Shown: positions 8,297 to 17,363 of the stretch, in pieces
Numbering within the stretch: the stretch's first letter is position 1
Layout of the letters: every line of letters starts with the position of its first letter
NCBI GenBank assembly: GCA_028705495.1
Contig: JAQWDK010000005.1
Location: 28,809 to 92,808, forward strand
Reading direction: 5' to 3'
DNA length: 64,000 nt
From: Eubacteriales bacterium
GTDB taxonomy: Bacteria; Bacillota; Clostridia; Oscillospirales; CAG-382
Program-made: the position numbers and the translations under genes
The notes under the pieces: model-generated
Seen by the model: the letters and a program-made list of their open reading frames with translations, nothing else
Databases searched by the model: none
What the model was told of the DNA's origin: nothing

Positions 8297-9649
8297 TTAT
8301 TTTCTCACTTCCCAGTAAAAAGCAACATCTGCGTTTTGCTTGGGAGCTTCTGAAAAATTAACCGTGATCGTTTTTTCGTCTGCCGTGATATAGAAAGAGT
8401 TATTTGCCAAATCGGAGCTTGCGATTGTCACATTTGCAAAGGATGGGACAAAACCGGAGTTGTGGGTAACAACATATGATTTCTTTGTTCCGTCACCTTT
8501 TGCGCTGAACTTTCCGTGAGCTGAGTCATTGATGATATAGCTGCGGTCGCTGTCATAAACCTGAAGGTTTTTGACCACAAGCTTAGATGAGGGATTTTCA
8601 GGCTCGATTATGCCCGCATTGTTTACAACAGTGCATGAATCGAGTGTTATGACTCCGAGCGCTTTTGAAGCGTCAAACATGAAAAAGTTTTTGCCGTCCG
8701 CTTTGGAGTTGAGCATACAATCACGGAAAGTCATATTCATGATTCGGGTGTCTGTGTTTTTTATTGTTATGATGCCTTCAGAAGCATCCTCGAACCAAGT
8801 TCCGACAAAGTTGCAGGGTCTTGTGCCGCTTTTAGCAGGAACTAAAATATCGGTTTTGTTGGATGCAAATATACCACCAATAACATGGATTCCGTCAAAG
8901 GATTCGCCGTTGAGATAGTCAAGAACTATTCCGACCTCACATGTTGCAAGTCGGGGATGAACGATTGTGTTTCCTGAGCCGTAAAGATGAAGCCCATAAG
9001 TACAGGCGGATGCAAAAATGTTCTCAAAGTTGCAGTCGAAAATGCCAACACCCGTAGGTTCTGCATTTCCGCTAATGCCGCAGTACAAGCCTGAAAATAC
9101 AAGGTTTTTGAATGTTCCTATAGCGGAATTGTAGTTCTGCAAAGTAGAGCCGCCTAAGATTCCGGTTACTTTTTGGACATTTGCAGTGCTGAAGAACATA
9201 TTTTCAATCGATGTGCCCCAAAGTGCGTGATTTGCCGTGTCTATCATCGCGCTGTTCGGACTGCCTATCCAGCTTAAGTATGTAGCATACATCCCGCTAC
9301 CCACAAGGCTGACTTTTGCTTTCTTTACGATTGTGGATTTCAAGGAGTATGTACCTGCCGGGAAAAAGACAGTGCCGCCGCCGCTGCTCGCGCATTTATC
9401 GATCGCAGCCTGTATTGACGCTGAGTCATCTGCGCCGTTAGCCTTTGCTCCAAAATCCTTAACATTGTAAACCATATCTGATTTTACCACCTTGTTTTCT
9501 TGTTCAGACGTTTCGGAAATGCTTGATACTTGTTCGCTTTCTTCTTCAGAACTTATAATATCGCTGTTTTGAGATTTGGGATTAGAACAACTACTGACAG
9601 TAAAAATCAGAAAAACGATTATCATAAGTATCGATACAAGTTTTCTCAT
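8297..9649 (-). CDS. Lipoprotein with a right-handed beta-helix (pectate-lyase-superfamily / GH28-related type)
   Basis: Lipobox FTVSSC|S. The N-terminal motif VYNVKDFGAKANGADDSASIQAAIDKCASSGGGTVFFPAGTYSL is characteristic of Pectate_lyase_3-type beta-helix proteins. Confidence 0.7.
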   Translation of the reverse strand: MRKLVSILMIIVFLIFTVSSCSNPKSQNSDIISSEEESEQVSSISETSEQENKVVKSDMVYNVKDFGAKANGADDSASIQAAIDKCASSGGGTVFFPAGTYSLKSTIVKKAKVSLVGSGMYATYLSWIGSPNSAMIDTANHALWGTSIENMFFSTANVQKVTGILGGSTLQNYNSAIGTFKNLVFSGLYCGISGNAEPTGVGIFDCNFENIFASACTYGLHLYGSGNTIVHPRLATCEVGIVLDYLNGESFDGIHVIGGIFASNKTDILVPAKSGTRPCNFVGTWFEDASEGIITIKNTDTRIMNMTFRDCMLNSKADGKNFFMFDASKALGVITLDSCTVVNNAGIIEPENPSSKLVVKNLQVYDSDRSYIINDSAHGKFSAKGDGTKKSYVVTHNSGFVPSFANVTIASSDLANNSFYITADEKTITVNFSEAPKQNADVAFYWEVRK

Positions 9650-9675
9650 TCAATTAACTCCCCCTAAAATAACTT

Positions 9676-10986
9676 CTAACTATTCTGTTTTTCAAGTGCT
9701 TCTTTTAGTACAGGATAAATATCTTCTGCCATTCTCATGAAGCCCATATCATTTGGGTGCATTCCGTCCACAGTATAACTGCTGGTAATACCATTAGCAA
9801 AAAACAGGCTACCATCTACAAAATATACATTGTTGTCACCTTCTGCTTTGGCTTTATTGAAATTTTCAATTATATGTCTACGACACTGCACAGCATCGGT
9901 ATCAGAATTGCTGTAATTGCATCGTGATACAAATATAATAGGAATATCCGGATGTGCAGCCCTGACAATATTGTAGAAAGGATAATGTGTTTCGCTTAAC
10001 TTTTCTAATGTATTAGCATTGTAATCATAATCAAATACAAATGCAGACATATCAATAGAAGCTATATATTCAGCTACTTCCGTTTCCCCAAATGCAGTTC
10101 CCCAAAACCCAAGATTAACAATGTTAGAATCAAGCGCTCTCCCCAAAACATTTACATATGATGTTCCTGCTCTAGAAGCACACTGACCTTGTGTAATTGA
10201 AGAACCATAAAACACTATCGGTTTTTCGTACGTGTATGGTAATGGTTCGGCAATCTTTGATTCCTCAGGAAATCCAATAACAAATGACTTAATTCCCGCA
10301 TATAATGGTAAATTAATCATAACTTCCTTTATACCTGAATCAAGCGTAACCGTTCCATTATAGGTTGGTTCTGTTGCAGGCTCAATACTGCAATTAAATT
10401 CTCTTGCTGTTCCTGTACCCACATAAACATCAATACCCGATATGCCACCCAGTGTAAACTCTTGCATACCAGCGGCTGAATTAGAATACTGAAGCATTAC
10501 TTCGATCTTAAGGCTTGTTGCATCTGTTCTGAAGCGAACATGACCTCCCGATGTACTCCACGCAAGCCAGTTGTTTCCACTCGAGTACTTATCTTTATCG
10601 GTAAGAAGGAGTCGATATAATTGGTTTCCGTTTTCCTTTAGATTTGGGAATCCAGAAATATCGATTGGTGGAGTAAATATACTGATATACGAATATCCAT
10701 CAGCGTTATTTGTTATATTTTTCGAATCAATATCTCCTATAGCAGTAAATTTACCCGAGTTTATATCTATTTTTGATGGAACTGGATCGCCGAAAATGTT
10801 ATCCGGGGGTAATGATTCATCCTCTAGCACATTTTGGCTTGTTGAAGAGCTCGAGTTATCATATATCATCGAATTATCAACAGATTCGGATGATGTTTCT
10901 GAACAAGAAGATATAATCATCATAACCACCATCAGAAAAATAAATATATTATTTTTCTTAACATTATCTACTCCATTCTCACGCAA
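9676..10986 (-). CDS. SGNH/GDSL-type esterase lipoprotein with an N-terminal beta-sandwich-like domain
   Basis: Lipobox MIISSC|S. Block I is VFYGSSITQG and block V is DGMHPND, the catalytic Ser and Asp-x-x-His of SGNH hydrolases. Confidence 0.7.
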   Translation of the reverse strand: MRENGVDNVKKNNIFIFLMVVMMIISSCSETSSESVDNSMIYDNSSSSTSQNVLEDESLPPDNIFGDPVPSKIDINSGKFTAIGDIDSKNITNNADGYSYISIFTPPIDISGFPNLKENGNQLYRLLLTDKDKYSSGNNWLAWSTSGGHVRFRTDATSLKIEVMLQYSNSAAGMQEFTLGGISGIDVYVGTGTAREFNCSIEPATEPTYNGTVTLDSGIKEVMINLPLYAGIKSFVIGFPEESKIAEPLPYTYEKPIVFYGSSITQGQCASRAGTSYVNVLGRALDSNIVNLGFWGTAFGETEVAEYIASIDMSAFVFDYDYNANTLEKLSETHYPFYNIVRAAHPDIPIIFVSRCNYSNSDTDAVQCRRHIIENFNKAKAEGDNNVYFVDGSLFFANGITSSYTVDGMHPNDMGFMRMAEDIYPVLKEALEKQNS

Positions 10987-11005
10987 ATAAAGTTAAAATG
11001 GATAA

Positions 11006-12205
11006 CTACATTATTTCAATAACCCCAAGCAGTCCGTCCATTATTGTCGCAGCACACCAGCCTGTATAAACTGAGTACATACCACCCTCGTCGATATTGT
11101 TGTTCTGGTTCGCTCTGCCGTCCCATTTCATCGTTTCGGTGTTGAATGTCCCTCTCCATGCTCCATCCCAAAGCGGGCTTTCACCCTTGCACTGAATTGA
11201 AACTAAAAAATCACCGAGCTTAATTGCGACATCTTTAAATATATCCTTCCCGGACACTTTATAGCCTTCAACAAATCCCATCAAAGCAAAACCTTCTGTG
11301 TAAACGAGGTCGCAAATCATCGGATTTTCCTGAAGTGAAGCATTTAAACTGTCGGCATCGCTGTTTATAATCGCACCGCATTCCGCTTGCAGCGTAAGTA
11401 CATAATCCGCAACCCTAAGAAAAGCTTTTTTGTAGCGGTTGTCGTCAATATAGCGGCACGCTCTTGCAAGACAGAAAAGGGCTATTGAGCTTTCAGACGA
11501 CGGTGGTCTCCAATCTTCGTGCTTGAGCATCTCGTATGTAGTGGCGAACCTTCCGCTTTCCAGCTGCAGAGGAAGTAGATAATCAAAAGCCTTTATCGCG
11601 CTTTCGAGGTATTTTTTCTCACCTGTCATCCCATAACACTGAGCGATTCCAGCAGCTAACCAAAATACAAAGCATGGACCCTTGTATAAACCTTGAGTTA
11701 TGTACTTGTCATATCTGAAGAAATAGCCTTCCGGTCTTTGAATTGAGAGCCAGTAGTCAGCGAGTTTAACAGCAGCATCCTTCAGACGGCTATCTGCTGT
11801 TATTTCATACATATCAAGCAGAGCTATTAAAACCTTACCGTTATCGTTTTGGAATCTCGCTTCACCGGACAGGTCGCTGTATTCACCATTGTAAAGATAA
11901 AAGGGGAACGAACCGTACCATGCTGAGAGAGGGTTGTTATCTTGAACAGAGAGCAGCCAATCGACGATATTTACGTAAACATCTTTGTAGTCAGCGTTTT
12001 CTCTCTTAGCGAGCACTCTTGCAACTTCACTGTTACAATCCGGTCTTGTCCAGCAAACTCTTCTGTTTACATCGATCCTTATGCGCTCATAAACGCCGAC
12101 ACTTCCTCTGTTGTAGGAGAGCATCTGATTTTCAATCCATAAAAGGCAGTTGTCGACGCTTTCGATATAGGTTTTCTTTCTGTCTTGATTGCCGAGCTTT
12201 TTCAT
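11006..12205 (-). CDS. Cytoplasmic alpha/alpha-toroid-like protein (six-hairpin glycosidase / prenyltransferase-like), function unknown
   Basis: 399 aa with no signal peptide. It has repeated aromatic-rich helical hairpins (e.g. AAVKLADYWLSIQ, AIKAFDYLLPLQ, RVADYVLTLQ, KLGDFLVSIQ). The fold call is by pattern only. Confidence 0.45.
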   Translation of the reverse strand: MKKLGNQDRKKTYIESVDNCLLWIENQMLSYNRGSVGVYERIRIDVNRRVCWTRPDCNSEVARVLAKRENADYKDVYVNIVDWLLSVQDNNPLSAWYGSFPFYLYNGEYSDLSGEARFQNDNGKVLIALLDMYEITADSRLKDAAVKLADYWLSIQRPEGYFFRYDKYITQGLYKGPCFVFWLAAGIAQCYGMTGEKKYLESAIKAFDYLLPLQLESGRFATTYEMLKHEDWRPPSSESSIALFCLARACRYIDDNRYKKAFLRVADYVLTLQAECGAIINSDADSLNASLQENPMICDLVYTEGFALMGFVEGYKVSGKDIFKDVAIKLGDFLVSIQCKGESPLWDGAWRGTFNTETMKWDGRANQNNNIDEGGMYSVYTGWCAATIMDGLLGVIEIM

Positions 12206-12229
12206 TGGGTTTTTACCTTTCCTGAGGTT

Positions 12230-13684
12230 TTAATTTAAGAAATCAAGTGATTCAAGAGTTTCGTTTATTGCTGCCTGTACTGCTGATTCAATAGCTTGAA
12301 ATTCTGAGACGATATTATCTGAATTCCTCGAATTCATATTCTCAATCAGCATTCCTATACCGCCCCAGTTGTAGATATAACCGAGATCATACACACGGCT
12401 TGCAAAAATTATATCAAGCATAGCTCCGGATTCCTTGTCCTGAAGGTCGCGGTGCTTTAATGTGACATCATAATAAGCCTTTGTTAGCGTGTCTTTAGAA
12501 TAATAGGCCATAGCCTCTACTATAAGAGCTGTATCTTCGGGATTTGGGCAAGTTTTCGGAATTGTTATAACGGGTACGAGGGAGGTGCTGATGAAGTTAT
12601 AATAGTTTTTCTGAGATGAATCATAAAGGGGATATGGCAGGATGCCGAACTCAAATCCTTCTTTTTCTTTGAACTGTTTAATGTCTATCAGAGCAAAGGT
12701 TGTAAAGATAATCTGATCGTTCATAAACATCTCACAAATTGCTTCAAAGGTGTTACATCCGCTTGTTTTGTTCGTCACAACATCATGGGCGTAAGAAACC
12801 TCGAACACCTTAATTAGCTTTGTTATATTTGACTCATTTTTCAAACCAATGCTGATGTTTTTGTTTTCGTCTATAGAAGCAAGGGTGCCACCTGAGCCGA
12901 AATAAAATGAGTGGGGAGCGTTGAAAGCCACATGAAGCCCGTACTTATCTTTGTTATCCCAAACATCATCACCGTTTGAGATTGTGCCAACTTTGCTCAT
13001 TGTATAGACTTTGTCCAAAGTCCATTCGTTGTTTTCAACAAGCGTATAAGGATTTTCAAGCTCGTAATCTCTAATTAGCTTCTTGTTGAAAAACACAACC
13101 ATCGTGCAGTCGTTATCGAGAGTACTTATGTCGCCTGTTGCAAAGTAGAGCTTACCCGCCATTGATAGGTCGCTTTTGAGGTTTTGATCCCACCAAGGCA
13201 TATCGAGCGCAAGGTTTTCAATCTGAGTTAAATCAAGCATAACATTGTCGGGTATAATACGCACCGCGTCATTGAGCATCGGCATGTAGACATTGTTTGT
13301 TTCGTCGCCGGCATTTACCATCTGCAGCATATACTGCGAAATATTTGCCATCTTTTCTTCTTCGATCTTGCATTTGTACTTATCCTGGATAACCATATTC
13401 CTCTCATAAACAGTGTCGTTTATGAGCCCATGCCCTGTTTCATCGGCATAAATATCAAAGGATTCGTAATATGCGTATGTAGAGCCGGGAACAACGAATT
13501 TGATAACCGCACCGTCGAGATCCTTTTCCGGCAGTGTATAAACACTTTCTTCAACCACAGTACTGATTTCTGCTGCGGAACTGTCGTCTGGAGAGTCCAC
13601 AGTACAGGAAAATAGCGTAAACAGCACTGAAATTAAAAGAAAAGCGGCAGTTGCGGACTTGAATCGGTTAAACTCAATCTTCAT
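12230..13684 (-). CDS. Large solute-binding-protein-like lipoprotein (orphan; no permease nearby)
   Basis: I place the start at ATG 13684 (MKIEFNRFKSATAAFLLISVLFTLFSC|T) with an AGGAGA SD. The longer track ORF would overlap the upstream gene. It is about 480 aa with an MPWWDQN-type motif typical of large CUT1-like SBPs. Confidence 0.55.
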   Translation of the reverse strand: MKIEFNRFKSATAAFLLISVLFTLFSCTVDSPDDSSAAEISTVVEESVYTLPEKDLDGAVIKFVVPGSTYAYYESFDIYADETGHGLINDTVYERNMVIQDKYKCKIEEEKMANISQYMLQMVNAGDETNNVYMPMLNDAVRIIPDNVMLDLTQIENLALDMPWWDQNLKSDLSMAGKLYFATGDISTLDNDCTMVVFFNKKLIRDYELENPYTLVENNEWTLDKVYTMSKVGTISNGDDVWDNKDKYGLHVAFNAPHSFYFGSGGTLASIDENKNISIGLKNESNITKLIKVFEVSYAHDVVTNKTSGCNTFEAICEMFMNDQIIFTTFALIDIKQFKEKEGFEFGILPYPLYDSSQKNYYNFISTSLVPVITIPKTCPNPEDTALIVEAMAYYSKDTLTKAYYDVTLKHRDLQDKESGAMLDIIFASRVYDLGYIYNWGGIGMLIENMNSRNSDNIVSEFQAIESAVQAAINETLESLDFLN

Positions 13685-13727
13685 CTCTTGCAGTCTCCTT
13701 TTTTTATTTTTGTATAGCGCCCTAAAA

Positions 13728-14732
13728 CTAAACATTGACAATATATTTTCGGTTAACACTCCCTCCTATTTGACGCAGCATCTCCTTCTCGACAAGCTGC
13801 CTAAGTACTCTGCCTGCCATTGTCTGAGAAACACCTAAAATTTCTTCCGCTTTTTTTCTTGTGATACTTGTGTTTGATAAGATATAATTCATTATTTTTT
13901 TCTCATGCTCTGTAAGCTCGACCGCCTTACTGCTCCTATTCGGAAGCTTGATAACAAAAAGGTTGTCGGTTATTTTCATAGAGGGTTTTGCTTCAATGTT
14001 TCTATAGCTTGAAATAATCGTCTGCATTCCCGCACCATAGGATTCTGTCGCGTTGACAAGGGAAAAAAGATCGGCAAGTCTTTTGTTGCGGGGTTGACAA
14101 ATGCCTGCTAATATATCATCAACTGTTATTTGTGAGATAAGTCCCCCTATTGAAAGGATCTCTATCTGGTCGACAAATATATTAACTAATATGCTTCCGC
14201 TAAAAGAATAATTTCTATGAATGATGGCATTGCTGACAGCCGCTTTGACCGCTTCATAGGGGAAGCGTTTACTGTACTTTGCTTCAATAAAATTGCATAC
14301 ATCATCAAACTGCTTGAGGACGGAACCTGTAAATTCATGTCTTTCTCGGAAAAGTGTTTTTGAGTTGCCTTCAAAAATATTAACCCTGATGCTATGGGAA
14401 CATTGGTCAGAAACCAATACACCGAAATTTGTATATACATTTTTACTCTTTATTATCCCGAGTTTTTTCTGGACTTCACTATCTAATTCTATTCCGACAC
14501 CATTAAGAGCTTTCTCTAATATTTTAAAACTTAGCTCAGTAGCTGTCGCTCTTTTCTGCTCAAAATTTATTGCATCAATATCTTCATCAGTGCTTTTGCC
14601 CGAACCGTAGGAGACTTTTTCAGTTATTATAGAACCCTGATTCGGTCCCTCAACAATCACACCAGCTTTATCATCTCCTAATATAATAGAAGAAAGACGA
14701 TTTTCTTTTTCGATTTCAGCCATACTTATCAC
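13728..14732 (-). CDS. ATPase-like (HATPase_c_4 / COG2865-type) protein with a C-terminal winged-HTH; putative transcriptional regulator
   Basis: AVSNAIIHRNYSFSGSILVNIF..IEILSIGGL is typical of COG2865 regulators. The C-terminal wHTH is ITRKKAEEILGVSQTMAGRVLRQLVEKEML. GTG start at 14732 or ATG at 14723. Confidence 0.6.
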   Translation of the reverse strand: MISMAEIEKENRLSSIILGDDKAGVIVEGPNQGSIITEKVSYGSGKSTDEDIDAINFEQKRATATELSFKILEKALNGVGIELDSEVQKKLGIIKSKNVYTNFGVLVSDQCSHSIRVNIFEGNSKTLFRERHEFTGSVLKQFDDVCNFIEAKYSKRFPYEAVKAAVSNAIIHRNYSFSGSILVNIFVDQIEILSIGGLISQITVDDILAGICQPRNKRLADLFSLVNATESYGAGMQTIISSYRNIEAKPSMKITDNLFVIKLPNRSSKAVELTEHEKKIMNYILSNTSITRKKAEEILGVSQTMAGRVLRQLVEKEMLRQIGGSVNRKYIVNV

Positions 14733-14739
14733 CGCTCTT

Positions 14740-14797
14740 TATTCTAATACTATTCTAACACCTTGCTAACACCAGTATACTTGCAAAAGTGTTAGAA
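14740..14797. promoter_or_regulatory. Cluster of operator-like repeats (TTCTAACAC / GTGTTAGAA family)
   Basis: TATTCTAA x2 (14740, 14751). TTCTAACAC at 14753..14761 and its exact inverted copy GTGTTAGAA at 14789..14797. A further direct copy GCTAACACC is at 14765..14773. The cluster overlaps the candidate promoter. Confidence 0.5.
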
Positions 14798-14802
14798 AAC
14801 AA
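14774..14802 (-). promoter_or_regulatory. Candidate sigma-A promoter of the regulator-led gene string
   Basis: Minus strand TTGTTT (14802..14797), 17 nt, TATACT (14779..14774). Confidence 0.45.
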
Positions 14803-14849
14803 CCTTCATATTTCACAAATATTTAAAGATGTTTCTGTTAACTTTACAC

Positions 14850-14885
14850 AAAAAATATCCGTGGTGAACGAAATTTCACCACGGA
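14850..14885 (-). terminator. Intrinsic terminator of the ferritin gene
   Basis: Minus strand TCCGTGGTGAA-ATTTCG-TTCACCACGGA (11-bp perfect stem) followed by TATTTTTTG. Confidence 0.8.
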
Positions 14886-14907
14886 CTTATACCCATACTA
14901 TTTAATT

Positions 14908-15423
14908 TTAGTTAAACACAAGGGTAGGTGGAGCATATACTCTACCGAGGAGTTCTTGGTTTAGCATATACAGCCCTTTTGCATCGCTGCCGAAAAGCTC
15001 AAATTTTCTGATTAGGTCGGTCGCGTTCTTTTCTTCCTCACCCTGCTCTTTGATGAACCAGTTAAGAAATTCCATAGTGCGAAAATCCTTATCTCTATAA
15101 GCCGCAGCATAGATATTGTTGATTGAAGCGGTTACAAATTGTTCGTGCTTCAGAGAAGCAGCGAGGGGTGCTTCATACACATCATAGCTGTTTGAGGGCG
15201 CTTCTATTGCAAGTAGCGTTACCTTTTCGTCGTTGTTCTGAAGATAGCGTCTGAAGAGCATAGCATGATCCCTCTCCTCTTGTGCCTGGACGTAAAACCA
15301 GTTCTCGAATCCGTCAAGGTTCTGGTCAGCGTAGTAATCCGCCATACCAAGATAAAGATATGCTGAAAACAGCTCTTTGTTAATCTGCTCATTAAGCAGT
15401 TCTACGATTTCACGGTTAAGCAT
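14908..15423 (-). CDS. ftnA: Ferritin (non-haem, Ftn type)
   Basis: MLNREIVELLNEQINKELFSAYLYLGMADYY....QAQEERDHAMLF carries the ferroxidase-centre E..ExxH pattern. I prefer the ATG at 15423 (GGAGG 6 nt upstream) over 15429. Confidence 0.88.
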   Translation of the reverse strand: MLNREIVELLNEQINKELFSAYLYLGMADYYADQNLDGFENWFYVQAQEERDHAMLFRRYLQNNDEKVTLLAIEAPSNSYDVYEAPLAASLKHEQFVTASINNIYAAAYRDKDFRTMEFLNWFIKEQGEEEKNATDLIRKFELFGSDAKGLYMLNQELLGRVYAPPTLVFN

Positions 15424-15473
15424 GTCCATCCTCCATTCCGCCGCTTACAATAAGCGACATTTTATTACATACC

Positions 15474-15502
15474 ATATTAACATTAATCATCCTTGTTGTC
15501 AA
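15474..15502 (-). promoter_or_regulatory. Sigma-A promoter of ferritin
   Basis: Minus strand TTGACA (15502..15497), 17 nt, TAATAT (15479..15474). Confidence 0.6.
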
Positions 15503-15538
15503 TTTCTTCTGATCGTTATTTTCACTGTTTTTTTGTTA

Positions 15539-15567
15539 TTGTGTATAAATACTTCGTGTGTTATAAT
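15539..15567 (+). promoter_or_regulatory. Sigma-A promoter (extended -10) of the CotH-family gene
   Basis: TTGTGT (15539..15544), 17 nt, TGt-TATAAT (15562..15567). Confidence 0.6.
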
Positions 15568-15703
15568 ATCCGCAAGAGAACAATCACAAAGGCTTATCTT
15601 TTGAAGCCGCTTGCGTTTACGCGCCAACGATAAAAATTTCAAAAAATGCGCGTCTACGAACCATCCCCTTTTAAGGAGGTTAGCGAGTCATCGCAGTACA
15701 TTA

Positions 15704-17311
15704 ATGAAAAAAGTTTTATTTTATCTAATCCTGATGCTTTCATTTACCTTAATTTTGGCGGCATGTAGCTCAGATTTTGAAGATTCATCAGCTGTAACTT
15801 CAGAAAAAACTGATGCTGTTTCCTCAGCTACATCTAAAGTACACACTACAAGCTCGGACACTCAGTCTGAAAAAGATAATACTTCTTCTGAAACATCCAT
15901 AGACGGAACATCCTCATCCTTGTCAACCGATGATAGTTCTTCAGAGGTGTCATCTCCCGATTCCTCCGCTGCTGTTTCCGAGGTTGAATCTAAAACTGTA
16001 TCGACTGTAAGCAAAGTCGAAACGAGCAAAACCGAGACAAGCAAAAATGAATCAAGCAAAACTGATACATCTTCAAAAAGTGAAAGCAGCAACACTTCGT
16101 CTGATGACAGCTCTGCTGCCGAATCTGAGCCTGAGATAAAATCAGAGATTGTACCACGTATTTATATCACCTGTACAGCTGATATAAACCGAGATTCTTT
16201 TATAGCCGCAACCCTTAAAGTTAACGATCCCTCCGGTAAATACGCTGAGATCAGCGACAGTTCAGGCGAGGTTAGAATCAGAGGCAACTCCACCTCAAGC
16301 GGTGCAAAAAAACCATATAATATAAAATTCTCGGAAAGCCAGGATCTTCTCGGGCTTGGTAAAGCTAAAAAGTGGGTACTGCTTGCCAATATGTACGACA
16401 AGTCACTTATAAGAAATAAGCTCAGCTTTGACTTTGCTGCAAATATAGGGCTCAGGTACACCCAGTCCACAAGATTCGTCGATGTCTATATCAACGGCGC
16501 ATACAACGGCAGTTATCTTCTTTCGGAAGCTATTGACATAGGCCAAACAAGAGTCAATTTAAACCCAAGACTGAACGAATTTCTGCTTGAGTACGAGCCA
16601 CGGGAAAACTACAAAAACCCATCCAATATCCGCACTCCCGTATACAATATTTTATTCGGTTTCAACGCTCCCGAATTTCCGGACAGCCAGCAAAAGATGT
16701 TTTTAATTGACTTTTTCTCTAAAGCTGAGAAGGCTTTGGAATCAAAGGAACAATCGGATATAGAAAAATATTTTGATATACCTTCTATGGTTGATTTCTA
16801 CATTGCCAACGAGCTGTTTAAGAATGTTGACTTCCAGACAAGCTCAACACGTTTCTATATCCAAAGAGGTAAAATTTACGGTGGCCCGATTTGGGATTTA
16901 GACCTTTCCACCGGAAATGCTGACTTTGATTATTATCGCGAATATAACAATGCAACTACTACCGGAGACAGTACAGAAAAGTTTTACTGCCGCGGTCTTT
17001 GGTACAAACATTTCTTTAAATGCCCTTGGTTCGTTGAAAAGGTAAAAGCACGTTACATTGAGCTTCAGCCGATAATAGAAAATCTTACAACAGACAATTC
17101 ACTCGGAAAAAATCAGATGGATATCCTGCTTATCAAATACAGTGAGAGCTTTTCAAAAAACTTTACAAAGTGGCCGGTAAACAGTAAAGACGTTCTTTTT
17201 GAGAGAATACCCTTTCAGACATTCGAAGAAAATTACGAATATCTTCGTACTTGGCTTATAAAAAGAAACGAATGGCTTCTCAAAGAATGGAAAATATCGC
17301 ATCTCAAATAA
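15704..17311 (+). CDS. CotH-family (atypical kinase fold) lipoprotein with a long Ser/Thr-rich linker
   Basis: I place the start at ATG 15704 (MKKVLFYLILMLSFTLILAAC|S). CotH-like blocks: KPYNIKF, KKWVLLANMYDKSLIRNKLSFDFA, FVDVYINGAYNGSYLLSEAID. The linker is rich in ETSK/SSKT repeats. Confidence 0.7.
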   Translation: MKKVLFYLILMLSFTLILAACSSDFEDSSAVTSEKTDAVSSATSKVHTTSSDTQSEKDNTSSETSIDGTSSSLSTDDSSSEVSSPDSSAAVSEVESKTVSTVSKVETSKTETSKNESSKTDTSSKSESSNTSSDDSSAAESEPEIKSEIVPRIYITCTADINRDSFIAATLKVNDPSGKYAEISDSSGEVRIRGNSTSSGAKKPYNIKFSESQDLLGLGKAKKWVLLANMYDKSLIRNKLSFDFAANIGLRYTQSTRFVDVYINGAYNGSYLLSEAIDIGQTRVNLNPRLNEFLLEYEPRENYKNPSNIRTPVYNILFGFNAPEFPDSQQKMFLIDFFSKAEKALESKEQSDIEKYFDIPSMVDFYIANELFKNVDFQTSSTRFYIQRGKIYGGPIWDLDLSTGNADFDYYREYNNATTTGDSTEKFYCRGLWYKHFFKCPWFVEKVKARYIELQPIIENLTTDNSLGKNQMDILLIKYSESFSKNFTKWPVNSKDVLFERIPFQTFEENYEYLRTWLIKRNEWLLKEWKISHLK

Positions 17312-17315
17312 AAAA

Positions 17316-17356
17316 CATCAGGACGGGTAGCATTTGCTACTCGTCCTGATGTTTTA
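17316..17356. terminator. Bidirectional intrinsic terminator between convergent genes
   Basis: CATCAGGACGGGTAGC-ATTT-GCTACTCGTCCTGATG (16 bp, one G.U pair). It is flanked by an A run on the left and TTTTA on the right. Confidence 0.8.
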
Positions 17357-17363
17357 CGTTTTC

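Noticed and set aside
13685-13759. The upstream 25 codons of the 509-aa track ORF (MLTENILSMFSFRALYKNKKRRLQE...).
   Set aside because: This extension would overlap the 3' end of 13728..14732 and precede the signal peptide. The internal ATG 13684 has an AGGAGA SD and gives a normal lipoprotein N-terminus.
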